A stretch of DNA of 64,000 nt from Candidatus Spongiisociaceae bacterium (GTDB lineage Bacteria > Actinomycetota > Acidimicrobiia > Spongiisociales > Spongiisociaceae). This document shows, piece by piece, positions 56,453 through 64,000 of the stretch (position 1 is its first letter; every line of letters begins with the position of its first letter). The position numbers and the translations under genes are program-made. The stretch covers positions 2,368,001 through 2,432,000 of the forward strand of contig OZ253564.1 in the NCBI GenBank assembly GCA_965262915.1. The letters run 5' to 3'. Under the pieces are notes generated by a model that saw only the letters and a list, made by a program, of their open reading frames with translations, was not told the DNA's origin and searched no databases.

Positions 56453-59400
56453 CTAAAGCACTGGTCCTTCTCGGTCTTTCTCATCCTCCGTGGGGGGTTG
56501 GATGCTGTCGGACGATGGCTCCGCCACGTCGTGGTGGAACAGATCTTCCGGAACGTAGGGTCCGGCCAGGTCATGGCGGACCGACATGATGGCGAGGTCG
56601 CCGTCGGTCAGGTTGCAGACCCGCGACGCCTTGACGTTGAGGTCACCGGGAGGCGCGATCAGGGTCGAGGGCCACCAAACGCCGGGAGTCAACGCGCGGT
56701 CCGCGTCCTTCAGCGCCTCCGGTTGGAAGTAAGAGTGCGAGACATCGGACGCGGACCGAGGTGCGACCGACCCGAGGAAGTCGTCCAGCGGTTCGCCGCC
56801 CAACTCCGAGGCCTGGAGCGTCCCCTGCTGGCGATACACCCACTCGGCGGCGGCCGCCTGATCGGATTCGACCAGGGCCCGGCCCAGTTCCCGGTCGTAG
56901 GTCCCGAGGCTCATGTCTCGGAGGAAGCGCCAGCGTCCGCTCACCTGGGCGCGCCGGTCGGACTCGACACTGGACACCTCCCGAGGATCCTGGTCGGGAC
57001 GCAGGATTCCTGACGGATCGGAGCCCACCTCGATGGCCCGTAGGTGGCGGTAGGCGTCTATAGCCACGTCGTGACGCTTGCGCAACCATCCCGGTCGGGC
57101 GAGCCCGCTCATCATGCGGGCCCGCATGGCGGTGGCGCCGAGGCTCGTCACGCGGAAGGCGCGGTTCTCAGCCTTCCCCACACCCAGCACGCGGTCGTGG
57201 CCGGACCGTTCCTCGTCTGCCGCCTGGGAGCCGAACGGCCTCCACAGCACGGCCGCCCACGCGCCCGCCGAGGCTACGAACTGTTCGAACGCCTCGGCGG
57301 CGCGCCACGACGCATCAAAGGCCGCAAGGATCCCCCGTTCGAGATCGGCCACCTTGGCCCTCTCCCTGTGGTCGCGGCGGAAACCGTCGATACCCATGGC
57401 CATGAGCAGCAGGAGGATGACGAAGAGGATCCCCGCCTCGTACCACCAGAGGTCTCCGAACCCCTCTCGACGACGGAGCCCGTACCAACCGCCGTCACGG
57501 GCCAGAAGCCCGATCAGTCCGAAGACGCCGTAGATCATCGTGAAGAAGAGCAGCATCCGGACCTGCCGGAAGCTCTCCATCGAGCGGATCGACGGACGAT
57601 CGAGCCGAACAGCCAGTATCACGGCATAGAGGACCAGCGCTACGGACAATCCGAACGCAGGGGCGTCACCACCGGCCCCGACGGCGGCTGCGATCAGCCC
57701 GGCGACCAGCCCGACTACGGCGGACCACACGGCGATGGTCCTCAGACGTGGGATCTCGGAGGAGGGACCGGCGGGAGGCTGTACCGGCGGAGCCTCCGAC
57801 TCCTCGGGCCGATCCGGGACAGCGGTGCTCGATGTCTCCTTGGTGGATGTCGTATCGGTGTCCTCGCCGTCCAGTTCGCCCGCGCTCGTCCCGGACCGAG
57901 GCTCGGTCCGCTTCCGGGATGTGCTTGGACCGCCGAAACGTAAGGCCACCGCACGCGAGATGATCGCCAGCGCGGCAGCATAACCCGCAGTGACCAGGAA
58001 CCAGGCCCAGGAACGGCCCGTGGAGGAGAGCGCTGTTATCCCGACTACCTCGACCAGCCTCGATAGGACGAACAATCCGGTCATCGCCAGCACAACGAGC
58101 CCGGACGTGACGATCCCGGTGGCGGTGAGTGCAGGGAGTTCATCGACATCGAACACGCGACGGGCACGGTCCACGAGGCGTCGGAACTCGGCCCTGTTAC
58201 GAAGCTCAGCGTCACGCAGAAAGGCGCCGATCCGGCCCAGCAAGGTCGTGGGCACACTCCTTGACGCGTCCGCACGGATCTCATCGGCGAGGGCGTCGAT
58301 ATCGGCGGGCGCGATCAGGCCGATGTCGGTGATCACCACGTTGCGTCCCTTGAGTTGTGGTGGCGCCATGTCGCCCGGGGCCTTGTCGCCGTCGACGAGC
58401 GAGAAGACCGCGGTCCCCAGGTCCGACCACAGTTGCTGGTCGATCTCCACACCGCCTATCAGGGCCCGGTGTTGCCTCACCGCCGCGATCACGCTGTCGG
58501 GATCGTCCGGAGTCCGGTCGTCATCGGAGGGCATGCCCCGCCATATGACCCGCAGGATCGAGTCCTGCCCGGCCGCGTCCTGCAGTATCCGGCCGGTGGC
58601 GTCGCGCAGCGCCGCAGACACGTCGCTGAACATGGCGAACGTATATCGGAGGCCGCTCAGTATCCCGGCGCCCATCAGGCGTAGGGTGTCCCCGAAACCC
58701 ATCCGACGCCGGTATTGCTCGGGTTTGAACTCGAACAGAAGACTGTCGAGGTGGGAGACCATCCGCTGCCGTACGTCGGTGAGTGTCTCACGGGGGTAGG
58801 GCGCCTCGTAGCAGCCTCTGGGCACCGGCGCCGTGCCTCCGTGGTTGGCGGCGGCGGCGAGGGTGACTGCCGGGATCTCCGCGACCCGGACAAACGAGCG
58901 GGTCAGGTGTACCTTGGCCTGGCCGAAGCCTATGGGACCTCTGCCCAGGGATTCCACGGGTGCCTCGTCCATGCCCGACCACATTCCCAGCGCGGTGGCC
59001 ACCTCGGCCGCGACGTGGGAGGCGAATGCGTCGGAGTGCGGATCGGTGAGGGGGACGCCGAGCGTCGCCTCGGTGCGACGGTCCTCGGGAATGATGACCA
59101 GGTTGGCGTCTACCCGGGGTGTGAAGAACCCATCGGGTGCCGAGAGGACGCCATCAACCCTCGGATCGCGTCGTGGCGACCAGATCCGTGCCTCGACGAC
59201 CTGCATTCCCTTGGGCTTGAGTGCCTCGATCTGGTCCGCGAGACGCTCGGCAGTCTCCGATACGTAGGCGGCGCTCTCGATGTCGGGGCCGACGACAGCC
59301 ACCACATGGAGCAAATCGAGTTCCTCACGCGCCAGGGTCTCGAACAGTGGGCGTTGCTCCACTCCTGCGCGACCGATATCCATGTCGGGTCCATCGTCGG

Positions 59401-59515
59401 TGCAGGCGACGAAGGGTTTCACCAGACCCGCCCGAGCCCATTCGGTGAGCCGCCGCACTGCCGCAGTCGTGGCCTTGTCGTTGGCGACTACGAGGACGCT
59501 GCGGCGGGCGGTCAT
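56453..59515 (-). CDS. Large polytopic membrane protein (1020 aa) coupled to the tubulin-like gene
   Basis: ATGA overlap with the upstream stop; soluble N-terminal ~460 aa, about 6 TM helices split by an acidic/Pro linker, soluble C-terminal ~300 aa. Confidence 0.8.
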   Translation of the reverse strand: MTARRSVLVVANDKATTAAVRRLTEWARAGLVKPFVACTDDGPDMDIGRAGVEQRPLFETLAREELDLLHVVAVVGPDIESAAYVSETAERLADQIEALKPKGMQVVEARIWSPRRDPRVDGVLSAPDGFFTPRVDANLVIIPEDRRTEATLGVPLTDPHSDAFASHVAAEVATALGMWSGMDEAPVESLGRGPIGFGQAKVHLTRSFVRVAEIPAVTLAAAANHGGTAPVPRGCYEAPYPRETLTDVRQRMVSHLDSLLFEFKPEQYRRRMGFGDTLRLMGAGILSGLRYTFAMFSDVSAALRDATGRILQDAAGQDSILRVIWRGMPSDDDRTPDDPDSVIAAVRQHRALIGGVEIDQQLWSDLGTAVFSLVDGDKAPGDMAPPQLKGRNVVITDIGLIAPADIDALADEIRADASRSVPTTLLGRIGAFLRDAELRNRAEFRRLVDRARRVFDVDELPALTATGIVTSGLVVLAMTGLFVLSRLVEVVGITALSSTGRSWAWFLVTAGYAAALAIISRAVALRFGGPSTSRKRTEPRSGTSAGELDGEDTDTTSTKETSSTAVPDRPEESEAPPVQPPAGPSSEIPRLRTIAVWSAVVGLVAGLIAAAVGAGGDAPAFGLSVALVLYAVILAVRLDRPSIRSMESFRQVRMLLFFTMIYGVFGLIGLLARDGGWYGLRRREGFGDLWWYEAGILFVILLLLMAMGIDGFRRDHRERAKVADLERGILAAFDASWRAAEAFEQFVASAGAWAAVLWRPFGSQAADEERSGHDRVLGVGKAENRAFRVTSLGATAMRARMMSGLARPGWLRKRHDVAIDAYRHLRAIEVGSDPSGILRPDQDPREVSSVESDRRAQVSGRWRFLRDMSLGTYDRELGRALVESDQAAAAEWVYRQQGTLQASELGGEPLDDFLGSVAPRSASDVSHSYFQPEALKDADRALTPGVWWPSTLIAPPGDLNVKASRVCNLTDGDLAIMSVRHDLAGPYVPEDLFHHDVAEPSSDSIQPPTEDEKDREGPVL

Positions 59516-62500
59516 AGCGAGGGCCTTCTGCCCGAGGCATCAGCCCTCAGACAACGCACGATGTTGGCGATCTCCTCGGTGATGAGGTCGGCGATGCCTA
59601 GCCATGCATTCCGGGCACTGTTGTCGCTGCGGCGATCTTCTTCGGCTTGCCGGCGATACAACCCGATCTGTTGCTCCAATAGTTCGGTTGCCTCCTGTCT
59701 TCGGGATGGAGGATCCATACCCGTAACCACCGCTTCCCTTCCAGATGGCGTCGTTCCCGTCCTGAGCCACGTCGAAAGTACCGGGCTGGGGTGTGGGAAC
59801 ACCTTGAGGTCCGGACCGACCGCGCCATGCGAACGGCCCCACTCCAGCAGCTGTGAGTAGGGACCCAGAAAGCGTTCGGCGTCCTTGCGATCAGCGGCCG
59901 CCGGCAGAGCAAGGCACAGCCCCTCTATCAGGGAGGCGAGGACGGCCCAGGGCTGTCCGCGTAACGGGAGCATGGGCTCGAACCTGGACACTCCACGTTC
60001 GGTTGCGAGCGCCACGGTGTTGACTTCGAGTTCGACCAATCCGAGCATCCTGCCGATGAACCATCCTCTGATCAGGGCGCGCAACATGGGCCGTGGAATC
60101 GGCGTGGCCCTCGACAGGGCACGCGATCGGCGGGCGTTCCAGAAACTGACCAGGTTGGACGTGTCCTTCTCCTTTCGCCATGCGTCGGTGATGGGCTTTG
60201 TCAGCGAGTCGAAGCACATGGGATGGAGAGCACCGCCGAGCGAGGTGTAGATCGCCACTCTGGTCTCCCGTTCGGACTGGTTGAGTGTCTGCTCCACCAT
60301 CTCGGCATCTCTGTCAAGCCGTGAGAGGAGGTATTCACGGACGAGCGGTTCGACGGGGAGGCCGGCGACCGGGATCGGGCTGGTTACGGGCCGGATGCGC
60401 AGATCCAAGCCAGAATGTACCTGTTGAACCAATTCGCGGTCGACCGATACCAACGGTTCGGCCGCTTCAAAGGCCTTTTCGAGCGACTTCCGGAACCGTT
60501 GTTCTCTGGGGGCCCGCACCGCAGGAGGTAACGAGTCCGAGAGATATCCCCGCAGCCCCAGCGTTAGAGACTCCTTCCAGGCTGAGCCGTCGGTTCGCAA
60601 CCAGGCACGTGCCCGCGCGAGCAGGTCGTCTCGGCTGATGCGTACGGTGAACGAAGCGCGGCGCGGGGCAGCGTCGCCGACCGTGAGCCACTCCGGGGCG
60701 GACCATCTGGAGTTGGTCAGTATCCAAGGCTCCATAGTGCTCTGCTCGCTCTCGCCGGTGATCACGGTTCGCCGGACCTGAATCCAGGCCTCCTCGAGTC
60801 CCTCCGCTCCGGTCGAGTCCATGGTGTGTTTTTCGAACAGCCGAGGGAAATCGGCCGGATCGATGACCAGCATGGTGCTGGCGCCGGGCTCGAGCGCCTC
60901 GGGAACTAATCGGTCGGACGCGGGATGGTGGCGGGGCCAATCATCGATCGGCGTTGAACCTGCTTCACTCCTATCGGCTTCCACCGCTTGACGCAAGGCG
61001 TCGTATCCTCGCTCGATCGTATCGCGGAGCGGCTGGACAACTCCGTCGCGCAAGTCTGCGACCAGCCGAGAGGCAATGAGACGATGCGCAGCGTTGTAGG
61101 GATGTACCAGGCCGGTCTGGATCGCCTTGCTGATGGCGTTGCGGACTCCCTCGTGATCGGCCGGTAGAGCACCCAGACCCATCCCGATGGCGTCCAGAAC
61201 ATCGGATCGGAGGTGTCCTGCCCATGCAAGCTCTTCCTGGCGCTCGGACTCGAGTTCTTCGGCCACATTTGCCATCTCCGCGTCGGCCTTGGCAAGGAGT
61301 CGCAGAGCTATCTGCGCTCCATAGTCGGCTAGGTTCGTGCCGACTACCTGCACGATCCGGTCGGTGATCCGCTCCACCCACTTCAAGGCCTCGTCCCGCA
61401 GCCGATCATCCAGCTTCTTCAGAACTCCGGCGCGTCGGACCTCCACCCCCTCCACGATGCAGTCCGCCCATCGCTGGGTCCTGGCTTTCGAACCGACTTC
61501 CTCAGACGCTTCGTAGCGGACCCGGTCCGCCACATCCCTGAAGATCGCGTCGAGTTCTACATCGGGGAGTCCGATGGAATCGAGAACCTGGTTGTTGTCG
61601 CGTCCCCGCTCGTTGATGCCGGAGGTCTTCAGAAACCGAGTGAAGGCGTCCTCAGCGAGATCCTCGACGATCTCCTCGGTGGTTTGGTTCTCGTAGCGCG
61701 GCCGTTTCCTGGCGGCCTTGACGTAGGCACCGCGCAGGAACTCGACTGCGTCACGCGTGAACCGCTGCTCGGCATAGGTGCCGAGTCGGCCCACGCCGAG
61801 GTCCACCTCGGCGAACCCGAGCGCCTGGATGGCGCCGAAGTACTTCGGCGGATCGGGCAACATCAATGTCTCAGCGCCGTGGGTGGGGAAACTGCCCGCA
61901 GAAGATTGCCAGTTGGCTTTCATGTAGACCGTGAAGTCGTCCTGCATACGCCGGTCCGTCATCACCGCGGCCAGGCAGCGCGCCATGAAGCGATAGGCGG
62001 CAAGCTGGTCGCCGAAGCTCACGCCCTTGGTATTGGTATGTCCTACCAGATAGGGGAAAGCAGGGCCGGAGCGCTGCTGGACCTGGCCGCCACCCGGCGG
62101 GATGAACCCCCCATCTCCGTAGTAGCCGTGCAGTATCTCCGCCAACGCCGCGGCCGTGTTGGGATAGACGCCACGGCTCGCAGCCTCGGAGAGGTCGACG
62201 AACACGTCAGCCGAATAGAGGATGCCGATCGATTCGTCCATCCACGAATCGCCCTCGGCCCTGAGGATGTCGCACACATCCATCACGATGCCTGCGCCGG
62301 TCCCGCCCGCCAGAGAAGACACCACGATCGCCGCGGGCGTCGCCGCGGACTCGCTGGCCAGAGATAGGCCGGAGGCCCGCTCGGCGAGTTGCCGGAGCTG
62401 AGCCATGGCGCCTGCGCTCAGGAGAGCCTGCTTCTTCATCCTTATTCGCCTCTGGATCTCGTCAGCGTGGAAGAGGCCGAGCACGCGGCCCACCGCTCGG

Positions 62501-62844
62501 TACTGGCCGGCGCCCGCCTCGATGGGAATGCGCATGTAATCGGAGTCGAACAGCCAACCGCCGAAGTCGCGTCCCCTGCGTTCGAGGCTGTCCACCATCG
62601 CCGCCAAATCGATACCGGGCCGAGCGAGTCCCAAGTATTCATCGGCCTCGAGCAGATCCGGGGCTCCCGGGAGGACCGGGGAGTCCTGCTGGACGGGGGT
62701 GTCGATGTGGAGTAGCTGCCAACCGTCGGGCATGCCCTCCTCCCAGCCGATCTCGCGGAACCTCTCCTCAAGGGCTTGTTTCAGGTAGCGCAGGGTCTTG
62801 CCACCTGAGCCGCCGAGGCCGATGATCAGGAACTGTTGCAGCAC
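59512..62844 (-). CDS. Tubulin/FtsZ-like GTPase domain protein (Tubulin_2/FtsZl1 type) with long helical C-terminus
   Basis: IIGLGGSGGK, LLHIDTP, GAGQYRAVGR, VVSSLAGGTGAG; GTG with AAGGAG RBS. Confidence 0.88.
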   Translation of the reverse strand: MLQQFLIIGLGGSGGKTLRYLKQALEERFREIGWEEGMPDGWQLLHIDTPVQQDSPVLPGAPDLLEADEYLGLARPGIDLAAMVDSLERRGRDFGGWLFDSDYMRIPIEAGAGQYRAVGRVLGLFHADEIQRRIRMKKQALLSAGAMAQLRQLAERASGLSLASESAATPAAIVVSSLAGGTGAGIVMDVCDILRAEGDSWMDESIGILYSADVFVDLSEAASRGVYPNTAAALAEILHGYYGDGGFIPPGGGQVQQRSGPAFPYLVGHTNTKGVSFGDQLAAYRFMARCLAAVMTDRRMQDDFTVYMKANWQSSAGSFPTHGAETLMLPDPPKYFGAIQALGFAEVDLGVGRLGTYAEQRFTRDAVEFLRGAYVKAARKRPRYENQTTEEIVEDLAEDAFTRFLKTSGINERGRDNNQVLDSIGLPDVELDAIFRDVADRVRYEASEEVGSKARTQRWADCIVEGVEVRRAGVLKKLDDRLRDEALKWVERITDRIVQVVGTNLADYGAQIALRLLAKADAEMANVAEELESERQEELAWAGHLRSDVLDAIGMGLGALPADHEGVRNAISKAIQTGLVHPYNAAHRLIASRLVADLRDGVVQPLRDTIERGYDALRQAVEADRSEAGSTPIDDWPRHHPASDRLVPEALEPGASTMLVIDPADFPRLFEKHTMDSTGAEGLEEAWIQVRRTVITGESEQSTMEPWILTNSRWSAPEWLTVGDAAPRRASFTVRISRDDLLARARAWLRTDGSAWKESLTLGLRGYLSDSLPPAVRAPREQRFRKSLEKAFEAAEPLVSVDRELVQQVHSGLDLRIRPVTSPIPVAGLPVEPLVREYLLSRLDRDAEMVEQTLNQSERETRVAIYTSLGGALHPMCFDSLTKPITDAWRKEKDTSNLVSFWNARRSRALSRATPIPRPMLRALIRGWFIGRMLGLVELEVNTVALATERGVSRFEPMLPLRGQPWAVLASLIEGLCLALPAAADRKDAERFLGPYSQLLEWGRSHGAVGPDLKVFPHPSPVLSTWLRTGTTPSGREAVVTGMDPPSRRQEATELLEQQIGLYRRQAEEDRRSDNSARNAWLGIADLITEEIANIVRCLRADASGRRPSL

Positions 62845-62904
62845 GATGCCTCTCCTTGGTCGGGACCGAAGATCCGGGACGCCCTTAACCGGGCGCAGGT
62901 TGTT

Positions 62905-63999
62905 TCACTCATCGAGCCCCATCTCTTCGGGTGCCGGGATACTCGAGAGTGCCTCCCTGATGTACCCGGCGAGCTGGTCCTCGGTAGGGGTGGACGGGTC
63001 AACCGGCGCCATCACCACCCCGGGATGCGGCATTCCTCCCGACACGTCTATCACGACGATGGGTTCATGGAGACGTCTTTCCGAGCGCAGGTCGTGTGTT
63101 CGCCCTGCGACGTTCGTGGCTTCGTGCCCCGAGCCGACCATCCCGACGAAGCGCCGCCCTGACAGGGATAGCCGGACGTAGGGAGGCCGCCACGGTCGCC
63201 ACGGCGTCTTCCGTACCGCCCGCAGGTCGCCGGCCTGGAGGCGGGCCGGGGAATGGCGGGGTCTGCGAAAGTCCGCTCCGGCCAGGTCGGACACCAGGGT
63301 CCAGTCGTCTCCGACCCGGAAGGTTGCGTACCTGCCGCGCCGCGGTCGCCGTATCCGGCCGGCGATCCGGTTGATTCCGTACAGCCATCCCCAGATGAAC
63401 GCCAGGAGCAGAGCGAGCATCGCCCCGATCAGGATCGCCTCGAGGGTCTGGTTGCGGGGATGGTCGATGTCGACGGAGACCTCGAACGATATCTCTCGCG
63501 TCTCGCCTGCCGGGTCGGCCGGATCGCTCACGTAGGCGAAGCGGAGGATGTGGTCGTCGGGGGTCTGGACCGAGTTGTCGAGGCGCACATGCAGTTCTAC
63601 GGGCTCGGAATCGCCGGAGACCCACGCGGCTGCTCCGTCCGGGAACGCCAACTCGACGCCGACCTCGGTTCCGTCGGTGCCCACGATGGAATCGGCCGGA
63701 AGCAGCCGTATCTCCCCCTCTCGACCGTCGTCCTCGATGACGATCGGGATGGCGAAATCGGTGGCCTCGACAGAACCCAGCCTGGACTCGGTGACCCGGA
63801 GAATTGGCCCGTCGGGCAGATCGGCCACGGTGAAAGTGGTCGATGCGGAGGCAGGATCGGCATGATCGGAGAGGAGGCGGACCCGGTACGTGTGGTCCCC
63901 TGCGGTGAGCGGCGATGACCGGAAACGCCCGTGTCCGAGGCGTTTGGGCGTGACCGGGCCTCCGTCGAGCACTACCTCAAGGAAGGGCTCGTCGGCCTG
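62905..63999 (-). CDS. 3' part (partial) of a single-pass surface protein; N-terminus beyond the window
   Basis: Frame open to the window edge; beta-rich acidic segments, TM AILIGAMLALLLAFIWGWLYGI, Arg-rich tail. Confidence 0.72.
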   Translation of the reverse strand, partial: QADEPFLEVVLDGGPVTPKRLGHGRFRSSPLTAGDHTYRVRLLSDHADPASASTTFTVADLPDGPILRVTESRLGSVEATDFAIPIVIEDDGREGEIRLLPADSIVGTDGTEVGVELAFPDGAAAWVSGDSEPVELHVRLDNSVQTPDDHILRFAYVSDPADPAGETREISFEVSVDIDHPRNQTLEAILIGAMLALLLAFIWGWLYGINRIAGRIRRPRRGRYATFRVGDDWTLVSDLAGADFRRPRHSPARLQAGDLRAVRKTPWRPWRPPYVRLSLSGRRFVGMVGSGHEATNVAGRTHDLRSERRLHEPIVVIDVSGGMPHPGVVMAPVDPSTPTEDQLAGYIREALSSIPAPEEMGLDE

Positions 64000-64000
64000 G

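Overview
High-GC actinobacterial chromosome segment. PIM and mycothiol genes, the GarA/FtsR/DUF151/MerR cluster and the tlyA-nadK-recN-pyrG-xerD-scpAB-rluB-cmk-der order point to Actinomycetota, most likely Acidimicrobiia (inference). Most of the window is housekeeping: pimA-patA-pgsA, EF-G2, gltA, thrS, mshD, an Opp-type ABC operon, tRNA-Pro(GGG), der, ispH, cmk, aroA, rluB, scpBA, xerD, pyrG, recN, nadK, tlyA and a rhomboid protease. Accessory blocks: (1) a 670-bp duplication of the xerD 5' part bracketing an MNT-HEPN toxin-antitoxin pair whose toxin is split by an 830-bp IS5 element, with a HigBA-like pair and a Gly-repeat protein upstream; (2) a decaying ROK/M20/sugar-ABC/YhfX/NagB catabolic operon; (3) a lower-GC PIN gene pair; (4) a PemK TA remnant; (5) at the right end, an operon of a single-pass surface protein, an 1110-aa tubulin/FtsZ-like GTPase and a 1020-aa polytopic membrane protein, the best candidate for an uncharacterised system. 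Also seen: two genes that appear to start at CTG in CTGA stop/start overlaps, heptamer tandem repeats at gene ends, and two intergenic regions with long-range inverted repeats. No database searches were run; family calls come from motif recognition.
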